Shown here piece by piece: positions 9,000 through 18,431 of a DNA stretch of 64,000 nucleotides; the stretch's first letter is position 1; every line of letters begins with the position of its first letter. The stretch lies in assembly GCA_003213715.1 (NCBI GenBank), contig QCMN01000004.1:2161-66160 (forward strand). The letters run 5' to 3'. The position numbers and the translations under genes were made by a program. Under the pieces are notes generated by a model. It was not told the DNA's origin. It searched no databases and saw nothing but the letters and a program-made list of their open reading frames with translations. The stretch is from Pelagibacteraceae bacterium AG-422-B15. Its GTDB lineage: Bacteria > Pseudomonadota > Alphaproteobacteria > Pelagibacterales > AG-422-B15.

Positions 9000-9936
9000 C
9001 TCTCAATTCCTTAGGTAATTTAAAAGTTACGTTTTCATTTCCTAAACTGAGCTCTTCAATAGTAACTTGATAAAATTCTGCAAATTTATTAATTACATTT
9101 TTAACCAGTATGTCAGGAACCGATGCGCCTGAAGAAATACCAATTGACGTCATATGCTCATAGTCTTTTACATTTAGATTAACTTCGTTTTCCAAGAGAA
9201 TTGAGTTCTCACAACCTGCATTTTTTGCAACTTCCACCAAGCGATTAGAATTAGATGAATTACTTGATCCAACAACTATAAAAGCATCACACATTTGAGC
9301 GTATTCTTTTATTGCTTTTTGACGATTTGAGGTTGCATAGCAAATATCTTCTTTTGGAGAAGAAATTATTTTAGGTAATCGAACTTTTAATGCTTCTATT
9401 ATTTTTTTTGTATCATCGAGTGAGAGTGTTGTTTGAGTTAAATAGGCAAAATTATCATTGTCATTTATAGACAGTTTCATCACATCACTTACCGTTTCAA
9501 CAAGTTCTATGCTGCCACTTGGAAGCTGGCCCATGGTTCCTATTACTTCAGGGTGGTTTTTATGTCCTATAAGAATAATGCGGTAACCCAATTCAAAAAA
9601 CTTCATAGCTTGAACATGAACTTTGGTTACAAGCGGACATGTTGCATTAATAACTATTTTATTTTTTTTATTTGCATGTAGCTCAACATCCTTTGAAACA
9701 CCGTGAGCGGAAAAGATAAATGGACGATCTGGGGGCGCATCATTAATATTATCTAAAAAAACTGCACCCTTATCACTCAATTCATCTATGACATATTTGT
9801 TATGAACAATTTCGTGATTCACATAAACTGGTGGGCCATATTTTTTGATTGCTAGTTCAACTATTTCAATTGCGCGGGTAACGCCAGCACAAAATCCACG
9901 AGGTGATATTAAATATATTTTCTTACTAGTTTTCAT
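8992..9936 (-). CDS. ispH: 4-hydroxy-3-methylbut-2-enyl diphosphate reductase
   Basis: 314 aa. N-terminal SPRGFCAGVTRAI, HEIVHN, and the conserved Cys at ATCPLVTKVH. Confidence 0.93.
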   Translation of the reverse strand: MKTSKKIYLISPRGFCAGVTRAIEIVELAIKKYGPPVYVNHEIVHNKYVIDELSDKGAVFLDNINDAPPDRPFIFSAHGVSKDVELHANKKNKIVINATCPLVTKVHVQAMKFFELGYRIILIGHKNHPEVIGTMGQLPSGSIELVETVSDVMKLSINDNDNFAYLTQTTLSLDDTKKIIEALKVRLPKIISSPKEDICYATSNRQKAIKEYAQMCDAFIVVGSSNSSNSNRLVEVAKNAGCENSILLENEVNLNVKDYEHMTSIGISSGASVPDILVKNVINKFAEFYQVTIEELSLGNENVTFKLPKELRVG

Positions 9937-9975
9937 ACTGTTTTAATTTATAAAAGAAGGTATATATTTTTCCAT

Positions 9976-12264
9976 ATGAATTTAGAAGACAGAATTGAAA
10001 TATTTGGCAAGATTTTAGTAAACCATCGTATTAAAGTAATATTAGGCAGTTTATTAATCATTTTCACAATATCATTCGGTATGAAATTCCTAGAAACGCC
10101 CTCAGGATATAGGGGCTTTGTTGAGGAAGATTTTAAATACTACAAAGATGTGCTGGATTTAGAGGAAAAGTATGGAAACATAGATGTTCTGACTTTTGTT
10201 GTTAAACCAGAAAAGGGTAACATATTTCAAAAAGATGTATTAAGTCTTATTCATGAACTCACTGAAATTTCCTGGCAAACACCATATTCGTCAAGAGTAA
10301 GCTCAATTACAAACCATCAATACACTACAGTAGACGGCGATGACATATCAATTAGTGATTTTGTTCATGATGTTGACTCATTAAGCACAAATGAAATTGC
10401 AAATTTATATAATGCTGCAGTTTTAGAGGACGCGGTTGTAAATTTTGTGATGTCTGAAAGTGGAAAAATAGGTTTAGTTAATATTAATCTTGAAATGCCT
10501 GAAGATATTGCTTTCCAGGAACCAATTTCATTTGCCTGGGAACAAAAAAATTTTTTTGAAGACAGATATGAAGATATATTTGTTGGCGTAGCAGGCTCTG
10601 CTCAATTCTCACATAATTTTCAATCTACCTCGGAGTCTGATGCATCAAAAATGTATCCAAGTTTTTTACTGCTGATAATTATCTTAACTTATATTTTATT
10701 GAGATCTGTCGTAGCTTCAATAATCTCACTAATTGTAATTATGTTGTCTATTCTGCCATCACTTGGAGCTGCTGGATGGCTTGGGTTTGAAGTACAACCC
10801 CCACTTATTACTGCACCAATAATTATACTTACAATATCACTAACGCATGCCATACATATGTTGTCAATTGGTTTGACTAACATAACTGAAGGAATGACAA
10901 AGAATGATGCTATTATTGAGAGTTTAAAAATAAATTTTGTACCAATATTTCTTACAAGTTTCACAACAGCTGCAGGGATCGCAGGTATTAACTTTGGGGA
11001 TATACCAGCTTATAGCGAAATGGCTAATACTGTTGTAATTGGCGCAGCTATTGGATTTATTTTAAGTGTGACGATGCTTCCAGCTATGTTTTCTTTACTT
11101 CCAATTAATGCAAGAAAAAGAAAAAGTTATGTTCTAGAAGTTCTAAAAAACTTAGGTGAATTAATTTATAAATTTAAGGAGAGGTTCGTTATTGTAATAA
11201 CTGCGATTTGTATAGCAGTTTTTAGTTTACTACCAAATTTACATTTTGATGATTATTTTAGTACTTATTTCGATAGAGTCCCTGAATGGCTAGAAGTAAA
11301 AAATACTGTTGACCCTGAATTTGGAAGCTCTTTTTATATATTTTCTGATATGCAATCAAATGAGCCGGATGGTATAACAAATCCTGAATACCTTAAAAAG
11401 CTTGATGAGTTCGAAAGCTGGCTCCTTACTCAACCTGAAGTAGCTGATGTATCCACTATTTCAGATGTTATTAAAACTTTACATAAAAACATGAATAGCG
11501 GCTTGGATGAGTATTATGCAATTCCAGACAATAAAGCACTCATTGCGCAGTATCTGCTATTGTATGAGTTTTCAGTGCCCTATGGGATGGATTTAAAAAA
11601 TCAAATGACTGCAGATAAATCAGATTCTAGAATTCTTATCAGAACAAATAACTCTACATCAATGGAGTCAGTTGCATTCAATGCACGTGTGGATGAATGG
11701 GTTAATAAAAATATTTCACCTTTTAGCACAAATGGAGTTGCTGGGATTCCAATTATGATGCCACAACTATTTGTTGAAAACACAAGAGGGTTAGTAATCG
11801 GGCTTTTAATCTCTTTTACGTTTATAATTATGGTTGTTGGAATTTCTCTGCAAAGTTTTAGGTACGGCATAATAAGCATCGTTCCAAATATTATTCCTTT
11901 TGTACTTGGTTTCGGTCTTCTTACTCTTGCCACTGATATGGTAACGGCCGCTCATCAATTTGCTGTTCTTATTTCAATAGGCCTTGTAGTTGACGCAACT
12001 ATCCACTTTTTATCAAAATATAAAAAAGCTCTTGCAATAAATTTACCCCCAAGAGAAGCAATACAATATTGTTTTAGATTTGTTGGTTATCCTATAATTG
12101 TTGCATCAATTTGTCTTTTTTCTGGGTTCTTATTTTTAACGCAATCAATGTTCTACTATAATTTTATAATTGGTGGGATGTGTGCTTTAATAATTATGAT
12201 AGCTTTACTCATAGACCTATTGCTTTTACCGGCTTTGCTTTTAATATTTGGAAAAAAAGTTTAA
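9976..12264 (+). CDS. RND-superfamily exporter, COG1033/MMPL/HpnN-like (two 6-TM blocks)
   Basis: 762 aa. One N-terminal TM segment, a large soluble loop, a TM bundle, a second soluble loop and a second TM bundle. Sequence style matches predicted RND-superfamily exporters, not AcrB. Confidence 0.8.
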   Translation: MNLEDRIEIFGKILVNHRIKVILGSLLIIFTISFGMKFLETPSGYRGFVEEDFKYYKDVLDLEEKYGNIDVLTFVVKPEKGNIFQKDVLSLIHELTEISWQTPYSSRVSSITNHQYTTVDGDDISISDFVHDVDSLSTNEIANLYNAAVLEDAVVNFVMSESGKIGLVNINLEMPEDIAFQEPISFAWEQKNFFEDRYEDIFVGVAGSAQFSHNFQSTSESDASKMYPSFLLLIIILTYILLRSVVASIISLIVIMLSILPSLGAAGWLGFEVQPPLITAPIIILTISLTHAIHMLSIGLTNITEGMTKNDAIIESLKINFVPIFLTSFTTAAGIAGINFGDIPAYSEMANTVVIGAAIGFILSVTMLPAMFSLLPINARKRKSYVLEVLKNLGELIYKFKERFVIVITAICIAVFSLLPNLHFDDYFSTYFDRVPEWLEVKNTVDPEFGSSFYIFSDMQSNEPDGITNPEYLKKLDEFESWLLTQPEVADVSTISDVIKTLHKNMNSGLDEYYAIPDNKALIAQYLLLYEFSVPYGMDLKNQMTADKSDSRILIRTNNSTSMESVAFNARVDEWVNKNISPFSTNGVAGIPIMMPQLFVENTRGLVIGLLISFTFIIMVVGISLQSFRYGIISIVPNIIPFVLGFGLLTLATDMVTAAHQFAVLISIGLVVDATIHFLSKYKKALAINLPPREAIQYCFRFVGYPIIVASICLFSGFLFLTQSMFYYNFIIGGMCALIIMIALLIDLLLLPALLLIFGKKV

Positions 12265-12265
12265 A

Positions 12266-13063
12266 ATGAAAAGAATGAAATATGTAAAAATTATATTTAT
12301 CGTATTTACCCTTTTTCCATTTCATCTTAGTGCCGAAACAGCTGAGGAAAAAGGACTCAGAATAGCTAAAGCGTCATATGAAAATGGCAGAGGCTTTACT
12401 GACATGGTGTCAGATCAATTGATGATACTTATTGATCCCAAAGGTAATGAAGTAACACGCGAAGTATCAGGTAAAACACTTGAGAATTTAGATCCAAACG
12501 ATGGCGATAAAAGCTTGACTTACTTTAAAACTCCCAAAGACGTAGAGGGCACAGTTATGCTGTCTCATACACACATAAGTGACGATGATGACCAATGGCT
12601 ATATTTGCCTGCTCTGGGTCGTGTAAAAAGAATTTCTTCTAGTAATAAATCAGGAGCATTTATGGGCAGTGAAGTGGCTTTTGAAGATTTTTCGGGAACT
12701 GACTACAGAAAGTACGAATGGAAATTTCTTGGTGAAGAAGTAGAAAATAATGAAACTTTTTATAAGTTAGAGTCTTATCCAAACTATGAAAATTCTGGAT
12801 ATTCAAAAAGAATTTCACTTATTGATAATTTAAATCGAACACACAAATTAGACTTTTATGACAGAAAGGGTGAACTTTTAAAAACGCTGTATTTAGAGGA
12901 TTATGTTTTGTACAAAGATAAAATTTGGATGGCAAATACAATGAAAGTAGAAAATATTCAAAACAAAAATATAACTATTTTCAAATGGCTGAATAGAGAG
13001 TTAGATGTAGGCATCAATAAAAAAGATTTTGAGAAGTCTAGTATATTGCGACTAGCAGATTAG
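12266..13063 (+). CDS. Periplasmic LolA-like 'outer membrane lipoprotein-sorting' family protein
   Basis: Start moved from the TTG at 12248 to the ATG at 12266 (MKRMKYVKIIF...). Signal peptide ...FHLSA|ETAEE. Family-typical core DQWLYLPALGRVKRISSSNKSGAFMGSEVAFEDF. Confidence 0.75.
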   Translation: MKRMKYVKIIFIVFTLFPFHLSAETAEEKGLRIAKASYENGRGFTDMVSDQLMILIDPKGNEVTREVSGKTLENLDPNDGDKSLTYFKTPKDVEGTVMLSHTHISDDDDQWLYLPALGRVKRISSSNKSGAFMGSEVAFEDFSGTDYRKYEWKFLGEEVENNETFYKLESYPNYENSGYSKRISLIDNLNRTHKLDFYDRKGELLKTLYLEDYVLYKDKIWMANTMKVENIQNKNITIFKWLNRELDVGINKKDFEKSSILRLAD

Positions 13064-13065
13064 CA

Positions 13066-14256
13066 GTGCTAAAAAAATATATTATTTCGTTTCTTTTTTT
13101 ATTTTTACAATATTTGGTTGCCTCTCAAAATGCATCAGCTATCGATTATAAAGCGTATGGATTTATTCAACCTGAGATAACCACATTTTTAAATGGAGAT
13201 GGAAGACACGATCAATCAAATTCTAATCAATCAATTTTTGTAAAAGGGACATTCATTACCTACTTAAATGATGTAGATCAAAAAATTACAATTAATACTA
13301 CTGGACGTATAGATGAGAAAGATAGTGAACGCAGTTATATTGACTTTCAAAAATTAAAGTATGAGCAATATTTTGATGACATAACTCTCAAAATTGGAAA
13401 TGAACTAATTTTTTGGGGTGTAAACGAAAGTTTTAATATTATTGATATAATCAATCAATCAAATTTAGCTGAGGATATTTCTGGAACAAAAAAATTTGGG
13501 CAACCGATGATTTCATTAAATTACAATCATTCATATGGTAATTTTGATTTATTCATAATGCCATTTTTTAAGGAAAGGATTTTTCCAGGAAGAAATGGAA
13601 GGCCCAGGCTAGCTCTCGAAGTTGATAAGAGCACAGTTGTCTATGAGTCTTCATCAAAGAAAAATAAAATTGACGCCGCTGTTCGTTATTCCACAGTTTA
13701 CGATGATTACGATATTGGTATAGCTCATTTTTATGGAAATAACAGGTCTCCGGAGCTCAACGTAAATCCTTTGTCTCAAAAATTAGATGCTTACTATCCT
13801 ATTTTATCTCAAACTAGTTTAGATATTCAATCAACGAAAGGTGCATGGTTATACAAACTTGAGACACTTACTGCAAAAAATGGGGAAGAACGGCACTTTG
13901 GAATAGCAGGAGGGACAGAGTACACTATTTATGGTTTGAGAGAAACCACAAGTGATTTAGGAATTATAGTTGAATACACATTTGATGATAGAAATGACTT
14001 TGCTTTCAATAATGAAGGAGTCTTAGCATTAAGATGGACAAAAAATGATATAAAATCAACAAGCCTACTAGCTGGTTTAGTCGCTGATATGAGTGGAAGT
14101 TCAAATAGATTTTTCGCTGAATTTGAACAACGCATTAGAGATGATCTCAAAGTATTTATAGATATGAGTATCAACGGAGAGATTGATGCTGATGATTTTA
14201 CATATGCGTTTGAGGAAGACTCTCAGCTAACATTAAAAATTGCAAAATATTTTTAA
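13066..14256 (+). CDS. Putative outer-membrane beta-barrel protein (unknown family)
   Basis: 396 aa with a GTG start 2 nt after the previous stop. Signal peptide ...QNASA|IDYK. Ends in an aromatic residue (...LKIAKYF), typical of OMPs. Confidence 0.55.
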   Translation: MLKKYIISFLFLFLQYLVASQNASAIDYKAYGFIQPEITTFLNGDGRHDQSNSNQSIFVKGTFITYLNDVDQKITINTTGRIDEKDSERSYIDFQKLKYEQYFDDITLKIGNELIFWGVNESFNIIDIINQSNLAEDISGTKKFGQPMISLNYNHSYGNFDLFIMPFFKERIFPGRNGRPRLALEVDKSTVVYESSSKKNKIDAAVRYSTVYDDYDIGIAHFYGNNRSPELNVNPLSQKLDAYYPILSQTSLDIQSTKGAWLYKLETLTAKNGEERHFGIAGGTEYTIYGLRETTSDLGIIVEYTFDDRNDFAFNNEGVLALRWTKNDIKSTSLLAGLVADMSGSSNRFFAEFEQRIRDDLKVFIDMSINGEIDADDFTYAFEEDSQLTLKIAKYF

Positions 14257-16049
14257 ATTCTAATATCTCTGCTATTAATTTTATTAAAAGACTCTTGATC
14301 TAAATTTAAATATTTTTTTTCATCTCCTGAAGCAAAATAAATTGGATCTTGAATTTTTGTTGGGTCATAACCATCTTTTACTAAATCAGTTTTCTTATAC
14401 TTGAACGTCCCAGTTTTTTCTATTTCTGGACTTATCCTAATAAATACTGGAACACTATAAGCTGGCAATTGCTCTGTCAGATATTCATAAAGTTGCTCTA
14501 ATTTAAATTCATCATTTACAACTAAGGAAGCCATTCCGGCTCTGCCGTCTTGGTTGGGTACTTCAACTCCATAAACGTTGACTTCATCAATACCTTTATA
14601 CGCAGAGATGGCTTCACTTACTTCATTAGTTGAAACATTTTCTGATTTCCATCTAAAAGTATCACCTATACGGTCAACGAAATAGTAATATCCCTGCTTA
14701 TCTTTTTTAAGTAGGTCTCCAGAAGAGAACCATCGATCACCTTTTTCAAAGGCATTCTCAAGAATTTTTTTCTTTGTTGCCTCTTTGTCTGTATAGCCTT
14801 CAAATTTACCCGTGAACTTATCATCATCAGGTATAAATCCAATCGCCTCACCGGCCTCACCATCTTCACATTCTATACAAAACCCATTCTCATCTCTGAT
14901 CACTACCTCATTTTCTACATCGAATTTAACTACTTTAGTTGGCAATACACTTTTTAGGTATGGGGGTATTCTTCCGATTGAACCGAACTTACTATCAACA
15001 TTTGTTAGTGAGATATTTCCCTCTGAGGCCCCATAAAACTCAACAATCCTATCTATACCAAATCTTTCTTGAACAATCTTCCAAACTTCAGGTCTGAGAC
15101 CGTTACCATATATGCCCCTAATTTTATGCTTCGTTTCGTATTCACTTTTCTTTGTAGCAACTAAATAACGAAACAGTTCACCAATATATGTAATTACTGT
15201 TACATCATGCTTAACGCAATCTTCCCAAAAACTAGCAGCAGAGAATTTCTTTCTCAATACTAGTGTGCCACCAGTACAAAATGTCGAACCAACACCAACA
15301 ACTCCACCAGTTGCATGATAGAGTGGTAAGACCATGTAAGTTTTATCAGTTGGTTTCATATCAAGTGAAAACATTTGCAGACCGCATCCAACTAAAAATT
15401 TTTGATGGCTGAAGTTTGCGGCTTTTGGCATGCCTGTAGTTCCACTTGTATAAATATAAAATAATGATTGGCTATTTGATAATTCTTCTCTTAACGAAGA
15501 TTTGGGTCTTACTTTACTGTTTTCAATTTGTGAGCCATCTAAAGTTTCATAACCTTGAACGTCCTGACCTGCTACGTAAACATCTAAATTACCTTCAATA
15601 TATTCTTGAGCCGATGCAAGATTTTCCATTAAATCAGAACTTATGATTAGACTTTTACTTTCCGATTTTTTAATGCAGTGAGCGAGCGATTTACTTTTTA
15701 TATTATTATTGAGACAAGCAACTGTAACGCCGATCTTCGCAAGCCCGAACCATGTAAATATATATTCAGGTTTATTTTCCATCAAAAGAGATATTACATC
15801 TCCCGTCTTATAACCTTTATTAATTGCCCAGTTTGCAATCTGGTTCGCTTCAGCATCCATCTCACGATATGTGTATTTCTTGTCTTCAAACTCGATAGCA
15901 ATATTGTCAGGAGTTTTATCAACCTGTTCCTCCATAATATCAGCTACAGTTGTATATTTTTTTTTGTCGAAACTTCTTGATCGTCCAACTAATTTTAAAA
16001 AAAACTTAAAATAACTAAATTCTCTTGAAACTGCACTTGCAACACTCAT
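14253..16049 (-). CDS. Long/very-long-chain acyl-CoA synthetase, FATP (SLC27)-like
   Basis: 598 aa. AMP motif YIYTSGTTGMPKAA. FATP-type C-terminal block SGDLLKKDKQGYYYFVDRIGDTFRWKSENVSTNEV. Confidence 0.85.
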   Translation of the reverse strand: MSVASAVSREFSYFKFFLKLVGRSRSFDKKKYTTVADIMEEQVDKTPDNIAIEFEDKKYTYREMDAEANQIANWAINKGYKTGDVISLLMENKPEYIFTWFGLAKIGVTVACLNNNIKSKSLAHCIKKSESKSLIISSDLMENLASAQEYIEGNLDVYVAGQDVQGYETLDGSQIENSKVRPKSSLREELSNSQSLFYIYTSGTTGMPKAANFSHQKFLVGCGLQMFSLDMKPTDKTYMVLPLYHATGGVVGVGSTFCTGGTLVLRKKFSAASFWEDCVKHDVTVITYIGELFRYLVATKKSEYETKHKIRGIYGNGLRPEVWKIVQERFGIDRIVEFYGASEGNISLTNVDSKFGSIGRIPPYLKSVLPTKVVKFDVENEVVIRDENGFCIECEDGEAGEAIGFIPDDDKFTGKFEGYTDKEATKKKILENAFEKGDRWFSSGDLLKKDKQGYYYFVDRIGDTFRWKSENVSTNEVSEAISAYKGIDEVNVYGVEVPNQDGRAGMASLVVNDEFKLEQLYEYLTEQLPAYSVPVFIRISPEIEKTGTFKYKKTDLVKDGYDPTKIQDPIYFASGDEKKYLNLDQESFNKINSRDIRI

Positions 16050-16050
16050 T

Positions 16051-16872
16051 TTAAATACCTAATTTATTCAAATATTCCGTAATTTTTTCAGTTATTGGCC
16101 CGTTTTTAAAAGAACGGTTATTAATTTTACTAACTGGCCGCAAACCAATGCTATTTGTAAGAAATATTTCACTTACATTGGAAAGATTATTCAATGATAT
16201 GCTTCTAACTTCAACCTTTTTCTTTTCAATTAATAAACGCCTCACAGTGCCATCTAAGGCGCCATCATTGATTGGAGGGGTAAAAATTTTATTTTTTTTA
16301 ACAAAATAAATATTTGAGCTTGAACAGCAGCAAATTTTGTCACTTTCGTTAAGCATTAATGCGTCGTCATAGCCATTTTTCTGCGCAATGAGTTTTGATT
16401 GGATATTCTCAAAATAATTGTTTGTTTTATTTCTAGATAACAAAGAATTTGAGAGTCTTTTAATTTTTGAAACTTTAAGTTTCACTGGCTTTATGGTTGT
16501 ATGATTACTGGTTAATTTGGAAATAGTAATAAGAAAATTTGACTTTTGATTGTTTTCAATATCTAACCCTCTTCTCTTTGCATACCCTCTGGTCAATGTA
16601 TATCTTATTGAAAGTTTGCTATTTAAAAGATTATTTTTTTTTATTAATTTTAAAATTATATTTTGTAAATTCTTCTTTGATAACTTGAAATTAAAATAAT
16701 TATTTCTTATTGATTTATTAAATCGAGCAAAATGAAAATCAAATAAAATTATTTTGTTTTTATTATATAATAAAGTATCAAAAATACTGTCTCCTAAAAG
16801 TAAGCCGCGGTCTTTTACGTTAATAGTTGCTTTTTCTTCATCTATAAATTTATTATTGAGATAAACTTTCAT
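16051..16872 (-). CDS. pabC: Aminodeoxychorismate lyase / class IV aminotransferase-fold protein
   Basis: 273 aa with fold-type IV pattern (RGLLLGDSIFDT..., LDGTVRR). Overlaps the pabB stop by 1 nt. Very N/K-rich, so the assignment leans on context. Confidence 0.6.
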   Translation of the reverse strand: MKVYLNNKFIDEEKATINVKDRGLLLGDSIFDTLLYNKNKIILFDFHFARFNKSIRNNYFNFKLSKKNLQNIILKLIKKNNLLNSKLSIRYTLTRGYAKRRGLDIENNQKSNFLITISKLTSNHTTIKPVKLKVSKIKRLSNSLLSRNKTNNYFENIQSKLIAQKNGYDDALMLNESDKICCCSSSNIYFVKKNKIFTPPINDGALDGTVRRLLIEKKKVEVRSISLNNLSNVSEIFLTNSIGLRPVSKINNRSFKNGPITEKITEYLNKLGI

Positions 16873-18281
16873 TATATTTGTTTTTTCTTAGACATAAACT
16901 TATTCAATGATTTTTTATTAATCTGCAATAGATTCTCAACTTTTTTATTCAATTCATGATATTCATTTAAAGGTTTTGAGTCTGCTACGATCCCTCCCCC
17001 AGAATTTAGAAATACTTTTTCATTATTGACAGTAATGGTTCTGATTGGGATATTAAAATCTGCATAACCACTAAATGAGACAAAACCTATAGCTCCACAA
17101 TAAACACCTCTTTTGAAAGTTTCTAATTCTGAAATAATTTGCATTGCTCTTACTTTTGGTGCCCCAGTTACGGATCCTCCAGGCATACAGTGTTTTATAA
17201 CATCAAATATATTCATACCTTTAGATAACGTACCCTCAATATCAGAAACAAGATGGTGAACATTGTTATAGGTTTCTAGTTCAGCCAAACGAGAAACTTT
17301 TACCGTTCCAGGTTTACAGACTTCAGAAATGTCATTTCTCAAAACGTCAACGATCATTAAATTTTCAGCATTATCCTTCTTACTTGAAGATAATTGTTCT
17401 TTTAATTTTGCATCTTCGAATTCACTCTCACCTCTTTCAATTGTACCTTTTATTGGCGAAACCATAATTTTGTTATTCTCTAATTTTAGAAATCTTTCAG
17501 GTGAATAAGAAAATATATTAAAATCCTCACTTCTAATTAAGCATGAAAAAGGTGTCTCTGTATTTTTTCGATAATGCAAATAGTACCGAACGACATCATA
17601 ATCTTTTGGAATCTTAGATAAAAAACGTTGAGTGAAGTTAGCTTGGAATATGTCACCATTTTTTATGTAATTTAGTATTTTATTAATTTTTGAAATATAT
17701 TTTCTTTTATCAAAATCTTTTTTCCACTGAAAACCAAGTAGTTTGTTAATTGGATTATTTATCCGCGGCACCGAGTACAAGTTTTTTGCATTTTGTAATC
17801 GAATTTGATGTGATAGCTCAATTTTAAATTCTTTATCTAAATTAATTGAAAAAAGATAAGCTCTTTTCAATTTGTTATCGAAAGCAATCACTATATCGAA
17901 GAGACCAAAAAATAAATTTGGCAATATTTTTTCTAATGGATTTGCACTTTCAATCTTTTCCTTTGCAAGGCCCGCTTCATAAGAAACATAGCCTGCTAAA
18001 CCACACTGAAACTTTGGTAATGATTTAATTTTTTTTGATTTAAAACTTGATATTAATTTATTTATTCTTGCAAATTTTTTTGAATTTAAATAATTTTTGC
18101 TTGCATTGAACTTTATGGTGTAGATTGGATCAAATGCAATATAGGAATACCGATTATTTTCAGATATCGTTTTATTTGCACTATCTAAAAAAATTAAATT
18201 TCTTTTATCTTGAAATCTTATTAATACTTCTTCCGGATTAATGTAATCAAGTTTATTTATCTTTATCTTTTTTTTTCTCAT
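16872..18281 (-). CDS. pabB: Aminodeoxychorismate synthase component I
   Basis: Chorismate-binding family motifs (SPERFL, PGGSVTGAPKVRAMQII, RGVYCGAIG). Start moved to the ATG at 18281 (MRKKKIKINK...) because the track ORF extension to 18332 overlaps tRNA-Leu. Confidence 0.85.
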   Translation of the reverse strand: MRKKKIKINKLDYINPEEVLIRFQDKRNLIFLDSANKTISENNRYSYIAFDPIYTIKFNASKNYLNSKKFARINKLISSFKSKKIKSLPKFQCGLAGYVSYEAGLAKEKIESANPLEKILPNLFFGLFDIVIAFDNKLKRAYLFSINLDKEFKIELSHQIRLQNAKNLYSVPRINNPINKLLGFQWKKDFDKRKYISKINKILNYIKNGDIFQANFTQRFLSKIPKDYDVVRYYLHYRKNTETPFSCLIRSEDFNIFSYSPERFLKLENNKIMVSPIKGTIERGESEFEDAKLKEQLSSSKKDNAENLMIVDVLRNDISEVCKPGTVKVSRLAELETYNNVHHLVSDIEGTLSKGMNIFDVIKHCMPGGSVTGAPKVRAMQIISELETFKRGVYCGAIGFVSFSGYADFNIPIRTITVNNEKVFLNSGGGIVADSKPLNEYHELNKKVENLLQINKKSLNKFMSKKKQI

Positions 18282-18290
18282 ATAAAATAC

Positions 18291-18375
18291 TGGTAGGGAT
18301 ATCCGGAGTCGAACCGGAACGCCCGAAGGCACCAGATTTTGAGTCTGGCGCGTCTACCAATTCCGCCATATCCCC
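18291..18375 (-). tRNA. tRNA-Leu (anticodon CAA)
   Basis: 85 nt on the minus strand: GGGGATATGGCGGAATTGGTAGACGCGCCAGACTCAAAATCTGGTGCCTTCGGGCGTTCCGGTTCGACTCCGGATATCCCTACCA. Long variable arm, anticodon loop CTCAAAA, encoded CCA. Confidence 0.92.
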
Positions 18376-18431
18376 ATTCTTAAAGACTTATTATACTTTA
18401 CTTATATTCGTCATAAAGGCTTAGTAGAATT

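Noticed and set aside
18282-18332. N-terminal 17-aa extension of the pabB ORF (MPSGVPVRLRISLPVFY)
   Set aside because: This segment is the reverse-strand reading of tRNA-Leu(CAA). The start was moved to the ATG at 18281.
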